The notes under the pieces: model-generated
Told to the model about the DNA's origin: nothing
Database searches by the model: none
Seen by the model: only the letters and a program-made list of their open reading frames with translations
Source of the DNA: Gammaproteobacteria bacterium
GTDB lineage: Bacteria > Pseudomonadota > Gammaproteobacteria > G965277405
Assembly: GCA_965277405.1 (NCBI GenBank)
Contig: OZ255726.1
Coordinates: 64,001-128,000 of the forward strand
Direction of reading: 5' to 3'
Length of the DNA stretch: 64,000 nucleotides
Made by a program: the position numbers and the translations under genes
Part shown: positions 9,472 to 18,331 of the stretch, in pieces
How the letters are laid out: each line of letters begins with the position of its first letter
Position numbering within the stretch: position 1 is the stretch's first letter

Positions 9472-10953
9472 ATGTCGTCAATTAAATTTGTAATGCCGTC
9501 AATTAAAATAGGGGTTGTTGCTGAAAGCGCAACCAACGAATGCCGTGTCGGGATTACTCCCGAAGTAGTAAAAAACCTATCTGTTCAAGGATACTCATTT
9601 ATTATTAGTAAAGGAGCAGGTGCAAAAGCAAATTTTACTGATCAAGCGTATCAAGAAACTGGCAACAACATATCGATTGCTCCACAAAACAAAGTTATCG
9701 ACTCTAGTGATATATTAGTCAGTGTTCACCCGCTCAACACGGTGGATATTGAAAAAATGAAAAAAAATGCAATCCATATTGGTCAAATATTTGCCCATAA
9801 AAACACTGGCTGTATCACCGCCTACAACAAGAAAAACATTGCAGCAATCGCGCTCGAGCTGCTGCCACGTATCACCCGAGCGCAGCCAATGGATGTGTTA
9901 TCAACCCAGGCTACAGTAGCGGGTTATCAAGCAGTATTACGCGCAGCAGATTTGAGCGCTGTGTTTTTTCCAATGTTAACGTATGCAGCAGGCACCATTC
10001 GACCTGCAAAGGTATTAGTGATTGGGACTGGTGTGGCTGGGTTGCAAGCCATTGCAACTGCTAAGCGACTCGGTGCAGTTGTTCAAGCGTATGACATTCG
10101 ATCTGAAACTCGTGAACAAGTGGAGTCACTCGGCGCTAAATTTGTTGATATCAACATCAATGCTGCTGGTGAAGGTGGCTATGCACGGAAGCTTACCAAA
10201 GCTGAAATTCAACAACAACAAGACGTGTTGGCGCGCCATGTTGCTGCTGCCAATGTGGTAATTTGCACAGCAGCTGTCCCAGGAAGCCCTGCCCCACTAA
10301 TTATTACCAAGGAGATGGTTGGAGCAATGCAACTAGGCAGTGTTATTATCGATTTAGCAGCGGAACATGGCGGCAATTGCGCTGTTACGGTTGCGAACAA
10401 AACAATACAATCAAAAAATGGAGTGATTGTTGCTGGACCGGTGAATATTCAGGGGCAACTAGCGCAACATGCATCTGATATGTTTGCAAAAAATGTTGCG
10501 CAATTGCTAGGATTACTTGGGAATGGCAACGCAGTCGATTGGCCAACAGACGATGAAGTTTTGCTTGGCGCAACATTAACGCGCAATGGTGCCACAGTCC
10601 ATCCTCAATTTATTACCACTGCAGCAACGCCGCCATCCGCAACCAGCAACAAGACCACAACCACGAAAACCGCACGCAAAACTGCAGCTACCAAAGCCAC
10701 GAGTACCGCAACAAAAACTACTAAAAAAACTACTACGACTGCCAGCAAAGCTACACCATCCACAACAACAAAACCTGTAAAAAAAGCCGCCGCTATATCT
10801 GCAGCAACTCAGCCAGCAGCTGAAACTTCTGCTAAAACCACAGTTGCCAATCTAAAAAACTCTGCAGATTCCAGCGTGCGGAGAAAAATTGACGGCAAGG
10901 ATGAAGTACTGACCGGATCAGCTTCGCAGTGGCTCAAAGGACACGCGGAGTAG
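9472..10953 (+). CDS. pntA: NAD(P) transhydrogenase alpha subunit part 1 (dI), with ~110-aa Thr/Ala/Lys-rich C-terminal tail
   Basis: PRITRAQPMDVLS, FFPMLTYAAGT, GTGVAGLQAIATAKRLGA, DLAAEHGGNC. Confidence 0.93.
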   Translation: MSSIKFVMPSIKIGVVAESATNECRVGITPEVVKNLSVQGYSFIISKGAGAKANFTDQAYQETGNNISIAPQNKVIDSSDILVSVHPLNTVDIEKMKKNAIHIGQIFAHKNTGCITAYNKKNIAAIALELLPRITRAQPMDVLSTQATVAGYQAVLRAADLSAVFFPMLTYAAGTIRPAKVLVIGTGVAGLQAIATAKRLGAVVQAYDIRSETREQVESLGAKFVDININAAGEGGYARKLTKAEIQQQQDVLARHVAAANVVICTAAVPGSPAPLIITKEMVGAMQLGSVIIDLAAEHGGNCAVTVANKTIQSKNGVIVAGPVNIQGQLAQHASDMFAKNVAQLLGLLGNGNAVDWPTDDEVLLGATLTRNGATVHPQFITTAATPPSATSNKTTTTKTARKTAATKATSTATKTTKKTTTTASKATPSTTTKPVKKAAAISAATQPAAETSAKTTVANLKNSADSSVRRKIDGKDEVLTGSASQWLKGHAE

Positions 10954-10956
10954 CGT

Positions 10957-11247
10957 ATGGAATTTATCATAGAGATAAGCGGTCTGACAGCGATATACAT
11001 TATTATGTTAGCTGCATTTACTGGTAACGAAATCATCAGCAAAGTTCCAGTGATTTTGCATACTCCGTTGATGTCAGGCTCTAATTTTATCCATGGTGTT
11101 GTAGTGGTTGGCACAATGTTCGCACTGGCACATGCAGAAACCACGCTGGAACAATGCATTGGTTTTATCGGAGTATTCCTAGCAGCAGGGAATGCTGTTG
11201 GTGGATATGTTGTCACTGAACGGATGCTGCGGATGTTTAAAAAATAA
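10957..11247 (+). CDS. NAD(P) transhydrogenase alpha subunit part 2 (membrane)
   Basis: KVPVILHTPLMSGSNFIHG, NAVGGYVVTERMLRMFK. Confidence 0.95.
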   Translation: MEFIIEISGLTAIYIIMLAAFTGNEIISKVPVILHTPLMSGSNFIHGVVVVGTMFALAHAETTLEQCIGFIGVFLAAGNAVGGYVVTERMLRMFKK

Positions 11248-11291
11248 CATCGTCATGGCACAACTCTACCCTTATTGATTTAGGTATTTCC

Positions 11292-12698
11292 ATGCAAGCA
11301 AACATCATTGATTCGCTCATCCAAGTTGTCTATTTATTTGCAGCTTTTGGCTTTATTTTTGGACTAAAGCGCATGAGCGCACCGAACACAGCACAAACTG
11401 GGATTATTTGGGCTGGTGTTGGCATGTTATTGGCTACAGCGGCGACTTTTTTTCATAGCGAAATCGTCAATAGCATGTTGATTTTAATCGCAATGGGGTC
11501 AAGTGCATTAGTTTCTTGGTTGTGTGCCCGCACAGTCAAAATGACCGCTATGCCGCAAATGATTGCCTTATACAACGGCATGGGCGGAGGTGCGGCTGCG
11601 GCAATAGCTGCAGTTGAATTAAGTCATATCGTCGGGCATGGGAATGCTGGCGTTACCGCCACCCATATTACCTTAGCCGGGCTCGGTGCGTTAATTGGTA
11701 TGGTCTCTTTTTCGGGGTCTTTGATCGCATTTATCAAGCTACAAGGATGGCTTGATAAAGTTGTTGTTTTTCCAGCACAAAAAATTATTAACCTGCTTGT
11801 TCTGTTGATTCCCACCATTGCTGGCGTCATGCTCTGTATCGAGCCGCAAGGTGCTTGGTTGATGTACACAATATTTTTCTTAGGATTTTTGCTGCTTGGT
11901 GTTCTTATCACATTGCCAATTGGCGGTGCTGATATGCCTGTTGTGATCTCATTGTATAATGCAATGACTGGACTTGCGGTGGCTTTTGAAGGCTTTGTAC
12001 TGAATAACCCTGCCATGATAATCGCGGGAATTGTTGTCGGTGCTGCCGGTACATTACTCACTCGGTTGATGGCTAAAGCAATGAATAGACCAATCAGCAA
12101 TGTGTTGTTTAGTAATGTCGGCAAAAAAACAACTGCTATAACAAGCGCAGAAGTATCTGGTGCAATGAAAGAAATGTCACCGCATGATGCTGTGTCAATC
12201 ATGATGTTTGCGAATCAAGTTATTATTATACCTGGCTATGGTATGGCTGTTGCGCAAGCGCAGCATAAAATTGCCGAGTTATCGAAACTACTACTGGCAC
12301 GGGATGTCATGGTAAAATTTGCAATTCACCCTGTTGCTGGGAGGATGCCTGGGCATATGAATGTATTGTTAGCAGAAGCGGGGATTGACTATGACAATAT
12401 CTATGATTTAGCAGAGATTAACCCTGAGTTTGCCAATACAGATGTAACGTTAATTATTGGTGCCAACGACGTTGTGAACCCTGCTGCGAGAAATGACTCA
12501 GCTAGCCCAATTTTTGGCATGCCGATACTCAATGCAGATCAGGCGAAAAACATATTGTGTATTAAACGCGGTAAAGGGCGGGGGTTTTCTGGTATTGAAA
12601 ACTTATTATTTTTCCACGACAACACCTCGATGGTCTACGGAGACGGTGCAAGCGTTATCAGCAAATTGATTGCAGCCTTAAAAGAGCTTGACAGCTAA
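11292..12698 (+). CDS. pntB: NAD(P) transhydrogenase beta subunit
   Basis: MTAMPQMIA, IGGADMPVVISL, PGYGMAVAQAQH, HPVAGRMPGHMNVLLAEA. Confidence 0.97.
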   Translation: MQANIIDSLIQVVYLFAAFGFIFGLKRMSAPNTAQTGIIWAGVGMLLATAATFFHSEIVNSMLILIAMGSSALVSWLCARTVKMTAMPQMIALYNGMGGGAAAAIAAVELSHIVGHGNAGVTATHITLAGLGALIGMVSFSGSLIAFIKLQGWLDKVVVFPAQKIINLLVLLIPTIAGVMLCIEPQGAWLMYTIFFLGFLLLGVLITLPIGGADMPVVISLYNAMTGLAVAFEGFVLNNPAMIIAGIVVGAAGTLLTRLMAKAMNRPISNVLFSNVGKKTTAITSAEVSGAMKEMSPHDAVSIMMFANQVIIIPGYGMAVAQAQHKIAELSKLLLARDVMVKFAIHPVAGRMPGHMNVLLAEAGIDYDNIYDLAEINPEFANTDVTLIIGANDVVNPAARNDSASPIFGMPILNADQAKNILCIKRGKGRGFSGIENLLFFHDNTSMVYGDGASVISKLIAALKELDS

Positions 12699-12707
12699 TT
12701 ATTGTTG

Positions 12708-13220
12708 CTAAACACGGCTGGTATCGCCGATATTTGCACTGCTACCCTTTGGTTGTTGAATTGGTAACGCTGTGGTATGTTTTACGCGGTCCATAACAAT
12801 ATTAGCAGTCATATTGCGGATGCCATTAGTTTGGATAATCCGCTTATATAATACGTCATACTCCCGCATGCTTGGCATGATTGCGTGGAGGATATAGTCA
12901 GTTGCACCAGCAATGCGATATACATTAATTACGTATGGGATGGCTTGTACGCACGCGGCAAATTCGTCGAGCCATTGATCTGAATGTTTTTCAGTTTCAA
13001 TACTTACAAATACTTCTACGAGTAAATTAAATTTTTTTGGATTGAGCAAAGCGACACTTTTATCAATATACCCTTGTTCACGGAGTACTTTCATTCTGCG
13101 CCAGCACGGTGTCGGCGACAAATGGACTTTTTTGGCTATTTCCTCTGTAGAAATATCATTATCGTGTTGGATGACTGCTAAAATTTTATAATCGATTGAA
13201 TCAAGTTGATTTTGACGCAT
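12708..13220 (-). CDS. Lrp/AsnC family transcriptional regulator
   Basis: LDSIDYKIL, KVHLSPTPCWRRM helix-turn-helix, VKHTTALP. Confidence 0.9.
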   Translation of the reverse strand: MRQNQLDSIDYKILAVIQHDNDISTEEIAKKVHLSPTPCWRRMKVLREQGYIDKSVALLNPKKFNLLVEVFVSIETEKHSDQWLDEFAACVQAIPYVINVYRIAGATDYILHAIMPSMREYDVLYKRIIQTNGIRNMTANIVMDRVKHTTALPIQQPKGSSANIGDTSRV

Positions 13221-13224
13221 ATGG

Positions 13225-14670
13225 TTAATACCTCCAAGTATGCCGCGTGAGCAGGACTAACATTGTAAATAGCTCCAACCTGCCCAGCAGCATGCAAGCG
13301 CACAATATTAGCTTAACAGCAGATGGCATATCTTTATAGTTTGCTGCAACATCACCGAGCCCAGGTCCAAGATTATTGATGTTGGCAGCGACTGCTGAAA
13401 AAGCAGTTTGATAGTCCAGACCAAACATCAGCAGTAACAGCGACATTGTCGCGTAAATAAATATATATGCGAAGAAAAACGCCCAAATTGATTCAATAAC
13501 GCGAGATGGTATTTTTCTATTACCAAGTCGTACGGTAAATACGCAATTTGGGTGCGCAAGCCGCTTGAGTTCAGCGTTCAACTGTTTAAAGAGCAACAGC
13601 ACCCGAATGGATTTTATCCCACCAGATGTTGAGCCGGCGCAACCACCGATAAAAGCCACAAGAATCAACACTGTAGGTAGTGCCAGCGGCCAAGTAGAAA
13701 ATTTTTCAGTTGTAAGACCGGTGGTCGTTATCAGTGATACTGTTTGAAATATGCCCATACGGATGCTGGCGCCGAAAGCATTGCCGTGAGCAATTAAAAC
13801 GATGATAACAAAGCTAGTGACAGCAACTAGGGCAAAAACAAAAAAACAGATTTCACTATCATGAATATAGTGTGTCAAGCTCCGCTGTGACCATGTCGTG
13901 TAGTGCAAAGCAAAATTTAATGCAGAAACCAGCATGAAGACAATAGCGACTATTTCTATCGACAAGCTATCAAAATGTCCAATGCTTTGATCATAGCTAG
14001 AAAACCCACCAATAGAAACGGTGCTAAAGCTGTGTATAATGGCATCAAACCAATTCATTCCTGCAACGTAGTAGCTCAATGCACACGCTACAGTTAGCAC
14101 TAAATAAATGTACCAGAGTGTTTTTGCGGTTTGGGTAATACGCGGCTTGAGTTTACTATCTTTAATTGGTCCTGGCACCTCTGATTTATACAATTGCATG
14201 CCACCAATTCCAAGCATTGGCAGTACTGCTATCGCTAACACCACGATGCCAATCCCACCAAGCCATTGCAAAAACTGTCGATAAAATCGAACAGCCCATG
14301 GCAAGCTATCGATATGGTCAATGACTGTTGCTCCAGTGGTCGTAAATCCAGAGACAGATTCAAAATACGCGTCAATGAAGCTTAATGTAGGATCAGCAAG
14401 GTATATAGGAATTGCAGCAAATGCGCTGAGAACTGTCCAAAACAACATTGTCAATAAAAAACCATCTCGCAGTTGCAATTCTCTACGATTCTTATCAAAG
14501 ACAAAAGTCAAGGCGATGCCCGTGAGCAAAGTAATGAAAAACGCAAAGCCAAATGAGGCGGATACATTCAGCGCATCGGTATACAGCGCAATCAATATTG
14601 GCAGCACCAATGTAGTAGAAAACAGCATCAGTAAAATGCCGAGAATATGAAAAACAGTCCCAAAATTCAT
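13225..14670 (-). CDS. trkH: Trk potassium uptake membrane subunit
   Basis: FESVSGFTTTGAT, QWLGGIGIV, GGCAGSTSGGIK, NNLGPGLG, MLLGRLE. Confidence 0.97.
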   Translation of the reverse strand: MNFGTVFHILGILLMLFSTTLVLPILIALYTDALNVSASFGFAFFITLLTGIALTFVFDKNRRELQLRDGFLLTMLFWTVLSAFAAIPIYLADPTLSFIDAYFESVSGFTTTGATVIDHIDSLPWAVRFYRQFLQWLGGIGIVVLAIAVLPMLGIGGMQLYKSEVPGPIKDSKLKPRITQTAKTLWYIYLVLTVACALSYYVAGMNWFDAIIHSFSTVSIGGFSSYDQSIGHFDSLSIEIVAIVFMLVSALNFALHYTTWSQRSLTHYIHDSEICFFVFALVAVTSFVIIVLIAHGNAFGASIRMGIFQTVSLITTTGLTTEKFSTWPLALPTVLILVAFIGGCAGSTSGGIKSIRVLLLFKQLNAELKRLAHPNCVFTVRLGNRKIPSRVIESIWAFFFAYIFIYATMSLLLLMFGLDYQTAFSAVAANINNLGPGLGDVAANYKDMPSAVKLILCACMLLGRLELFTMLVLLTRHTWRY

Positions 14671-14676
14671 ATTGGC

Positions 14677-15465
14677 TTATATAGCGATGTGGAGTATATC
14701 AATACCGATGAATACAATAAATGCTGCCTGCTGAATCCGTGCAATGGTTAACCTAAGCCGTGTAACAGAACGTTGGTTTGACAGGTTAAACCGCGCCACA
14801 GTTTCGCTGATTGCCGTGTTCAATGTTTCCTCAAAGCCATTTCTGAGAGTGAAAATTTTCCTAAATATTCGTCGACTGCGTTGCGAGGATTGCTGCCGAT
14901 GCACGACTACAATCAGGAAGCAAAATAATCGGCTCGGTATGTAGTCAAGAACGGTTGCAATTTGCAACACAATTGGAAACTGGCGGCTATAGCGGCAGCT
15001 AATTGTTAACAAACTTAGCAACCCTATAATCAACAAGCCAATACTAAAACCGCAGCTGATAATGCAAAAAACTGGCGCAAATATATATCGATACAACAAG
15101 TACAACTGACTGTATAGCCGTTGAATTTCTGCAGATTTCCAATGAGATGCAGGAGCCTGAAATTGGGTTATCTGTGGGGTTGTTTCTTGTTGAATATCAA
15201 AATAAGCAACAATAGTAAACAGCGGCAACGCCAATAGTGCGTAGGCAAACACCAACAGATAGCCCCATATTGCATTATTCATCAACATATAGGCAATAGA
15301 CAAAGCTATAAATGGGATATACCAAACAACAAAACAGAGTGAATTTGATATACATGCCGTTGTATGCAGGCACAACGAGTTCCAACCATGGAGTTGGTAA
15401 CGATCAGCATGGACGCGCATCCACCATTGCACCAGCAATGCGAGAAAAATAATAATAAATATCAT
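14677..15465 (-). CDS. Membrane protein, probably a divergent AmpE/CobD-CbiB-like homolog
   Basis: Multiple hydrophobic segments. YIFAPVF and VLDYIPSRL resemble the family's DWIPARL motif. Confidence 0.45.
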   Translation of the reverse strand: MIFIIIFLALLVQWWMRVHADRYQLHGWNSLCLHTTACISNSLCFVVWYIPFIALSIAYMLMNNAIWGYLLVFAYALLALPLFTIVAYFDIQQETTPQITQFQAPASHWKSAEIQRLYSQLYLLYRYIFAPVFCIISCGFSIGLLIIGLLSLLTISCRYSRQFPIVLQIATVLDYIPSRLFCFLIVVVHRQQSSQRSRRIFRKIFTLRNGFEETLNTAISETVARFNLSNQRSVTRLRLTIARIQQAAFIVFIGIDILHIAI

Positions 15466-15532
15466 TGAATCTATATGTCAAAAGGTAACGTAAAATAATA
15501 AGTCAGGCATGTTGTTGTGTTTGCAGTTATTA

Positions 15533-15579
15533 GCAACCTCTGATTAACTCGCTGATAAAGCGACTTAATCAACAGTTCT
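15533..15579. repeat. Palindromic mini-derivative of the MITE end
   Basis: GCAACCTCTGATTAACTCGCTGATAAAGCGACTTAATCAAC..., immediately 3' of the pepP stop. Confidence 0.65.
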
Positions 15580-16881
15580 TTAAAGTTTTTTACCAAATTG
15601 AATACCGCGTAATGACTTATCCAATCCCGCAGTTAAGTTCTCACGCCCTGCCGCGGTGACGAGTATATTATCTTCAATACGGATTCCTATGCCCCTATAC
15701 GCCTGCGGGACCTTGGGGTTATCAGGGGAAATATAAATCCCAGGCTCGATAGTTAACACCATTCCTGTAGCAAAAGGGATGTCTCTTGCGCCGACGTCGT
15801 GGACATCTATCCCCAGCCAATGTCCCGTTCCGTGCATAAAAAATTCACGGTACAACTCTTGCTCGATGCTGTCGCTAACGCTGCCTGATAACAATTGCAA
15901 GGCATGCAGCCCTTCGGTTATTTGCAACACCACTAGGGCATGGAGGTTTTCCCACGTTTGCCCAACACCAACCGCTTGAATTGCTGCCTGTTGGACATCA
16001 AGTACCAGCGCATACACCGCATGTTGCTCCGCTGTAAATATACCATTGACAGGATAGGTACGAGTAATGTCTGCTGCGTACGTTTGAAATTCACCCCCAG
16101 CATCAATCAGCAGCAAATCGCCAGCGCAACATGGCTGGTTATTGGCAATATAATGCAAGATACCGGCATTGCTACCATTGGCAACAATGCTGTGATACGC
16201 TTCAGTAAGTCCGCTGCTTGCCAATTGGTAGGCAAAGGTTGCCGCCAGTTGCCGTTCACCGATAGAGCTACCTGCCGCGTATGCGTTGGTAAGTTGTGCT
16301 AGTACTGCCTGATGTGCGCTGATGCTTAGCTGTTGTGCTTTACGCATACAGTCAAGTTCTGCTGCAGATTTAATCAGCCGCTGCTGGTGTAATATTGGAC
16401 GAATATCACGCAGGTTTTGCGGTTGGTATGGGTTACGTTGTGCGGCTTGTTTCTGGGTAATTGTATCCCATAGCCACATACCTTTTTCTTTTTGGTCCCA
16501 GCCGATATACACATCCGTGCAGTCGAGCAACATAGGGGTTTCAGCATTGAGCAACTCAATGGGTTTGCTCACATCAACAGCAGTATGTTCTTTTGCCGCA
16601 GCAACTCCCATCCTTGCTCCGTCCCACTGCTCTTTTGCAGGATCACGGTCATGGCAATACAGCGTGGTGGTTTGTTGTGATGCTTTTTTTTGCAGGACTA
16701 AGCATGCATTTTCCTCGGGAAAGCCAGTTAAATACCAAAAGTCACTGTTTTGCCGATAAGGATAAGGGCTGTCGTTAGAACGAATTTTTTGCTGCGCAGC
16801 AAAGCAAAAGTACACACTATCATTTGGCATTGCAGCTAATAATGCCAAACGACGCATACTGTGTTCTGCTGCACTAATCAT
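15580..16881 (-). CDS. pepP: Xaa-Pro aminopeptidase
   Basis: YRQNSDFWYLTGF, LLIDAG, YAADITRT, HGTGHWLGIDVHD, TIEPGIY, GIRIEDN. Confidence 0.96.
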   Translation of the reverse strand: MISAAEHSMRRLALLAAMPNDSVYFCFAAQQKIRSNDSPYPYRQNSDFWYLTGFPEENACLVLQKKASQQTTTLYCHDRDPAKEQWDGARMGVAAAKEHTAVDVSKPIELLNAETPMLLDCTDVYIGWDQKEKGMWLWDTITQKQAAQRNPYQPQNLRDIRPILHQQRLIKSAAELDCMRKAQQLSISAHQAVLAQLTNAYAAGSSIGERQLAATFAYQLASSGLTEAYHSIVANGSNAGILHYIANNQPCCAGDLLLIDAGGEFQTYAADITRTYPVNGIFTAEQHAVYALVLDVQQAAIQAVGVGQTWENLHALVVLQITEGLHALQLLSGSVSDSIEQELYREFFMHGTGHWLGIDVHDVGARDIPFATGMVLTIEPGIYISPDNPKVPQAYRGIGIRIEDNILVTAAGRENLTAGLDKSLRGIQFGKKL

Positions 16882-17597
16882 TGGGGTTGAACACTGCGTA
16901 TCAGCGTTTTGAGCGAGCGTGGTGAACTGATAAGTAAACCATTCACCCCTGATGGCTCTAAACCTTTAATCCCTGCAATTAACGCCCCACTTTCCTGTGC
17001 AAATAATGTCGCAGTAGCAAGGGTAAACCAATCTGGATGCAGGATGGCAACACCTGCTAATATTCCTTGGCAAGCATACGTCATATCAATGATATTTGAA
17101 CCTGAATTATGTGCAGTATACCCTGAAAACAATGCCGCTGCATCACCACCAAGCAGTGTTGATGTAGATTGGCTAGCTACTCTTGCGCGAACTTGCTCCA
17201 CATACACCCCAAAGTTATTGTGGGCGAATAACTGCCAGCTTTGCCAAAGATGATGGGTATACACAAATGTTGGACGCGGTTGATAGTTTGATGCACTCGA
17301 TGATTCAACAAACATCACCGACAATGTTGCCTGTGGGTAGTGGTTGGCGTAATTCTCTTCTTCTGGAATCAGCCGCCAATGCCAGCCATCACGAAATGGT
17401 GAGCGGTTCCCATGGATACTCGCCAGCGGGTATTTTTCCAGCAAGGCGGCTTTGAGTTTGGACTCAAAGTTGGTGCGCAAGCGCTGCAACCTTTGTTTGG
17501 CAGGGTATTTTTGACCCATCAATGCATCATGAGCGCGAGATACATCTATCAGCAATGTTCGCAACAAAGGGTCAATTGCTCTAAATGAATTGTGCAT
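16878..17597 (-). CDS. Degenerate inositol monophosphatase (SuhB-like) protein lacking metal-binding motifs
   Basis: Colinear with recalled SuhB: KYP.., SGSNIIDMTYACQG, LFAQESGALI, SSPRSLKTLI. The DPxDGT and WD motifs are absent. Confidence 0.65.
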   Translation of the reverse strand: MHNSFRAIDPLLRTLLIDVSRAHDALMGQKYPAKQRLQRLRTNFESKLKAALLEKYPLASIHGNRSPFRDGWHWRLIPEEENYANHYPQATLSVMFVESSSASNYQPRPTFVYTHHLWQSWQLFAHNNFGVYVEQVRARVASQSTSTLLGGDAAALFSGYTAHNSGSNIIDMTYACQGILAGVAILHPDWFTLATATLFAQESGALIAGIKGLEPSGVNGLLISSPRSLKTLIRSVQPQ

Positions 17598-17670
17598 AGT
17601 TATATATTAGTTTGAAAAGCGAGGATGGGGTTCATCCTGCCAAGCCACGTTTTTCTCACCATTGGCTGAA

Positions 17671-18237
17671 TCATATGCTCAGTAAGTTTGTAGGGACGTG
17701 TCCGTAGCCGGCGGCTAAATACTCATCCTTGATTGCAACATAATTATCGCAGAGATAGCGAATATGTGCTATCTCAGTTGTTGTTAGTTTACGTACTTGC
17801 TGCACTGGAGAGCCAAAATATAAAAAACCTGAATCGAGTTTTTTTCCAAGAGGCACTAACGAGTTGGCGCCAACTATTATATTAGACTCTAGCATAGCGC
17901 CGTCTAGCACAACAGAATTCATACCAATCATTACTGCGGCTGCGACGCTGCAACCGTGCAAGATGACACGGTGGCCAACGAGAACCGAATCGCCAATAAC
18001 CAGCGGAAAACCCCTTGGGGTGGTTGGTTGCGGGTGAGAAACATGCAGTACCGCACCATCTTGAATATTGACATTATTCCCTAATTGAATGTAATTCACA
18101 TCGCCACGAAGTACTGCCCCAGGCCAAATAGAACAATCGTCACCAGTAGTGACTTTACCGCTGACATATGCTAAATCATCGACAAATGGGCGTTTGCCGA
18201 AAGATGGGAATACATTTCTAAACGAACATATACTCAT
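17671..18237 (-). CDS. Gamma carbonic anhydrase family protein (YrdA-like)
   Basis: IWPGAVLRGDVN, NIQDGAVLH, VGHRVILHGC. Likely start MSICSF at 18237. Confidence 0.92.
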   Translation of the reverse strand: MSICSFRNVFPSFGKRPFVDDLAYVSGKVTTGDDCSIWPGAVLRGDVNYIQLGNNVNIQDGAVLHVSHPQPTTPRGFPLVIGDSVLVGHRVILHGCSVAAAVMIGMNSVVLDGAMLESNIIVGANSLVPLGKKLDSGFLYFGSPVQQVRKLTTTEIAHIRYLCDNYVAIKDEYLAAGYGHVPTNLLSI

Positions 18238-18331
18238 ATAAATTAAGAAATTAAATTGCAATGATATTGCATGTATTCCCGCAATTGCAAATAAACTTCA
18301 TACAAATTCATAGCTTCCATAGGATTAATAC

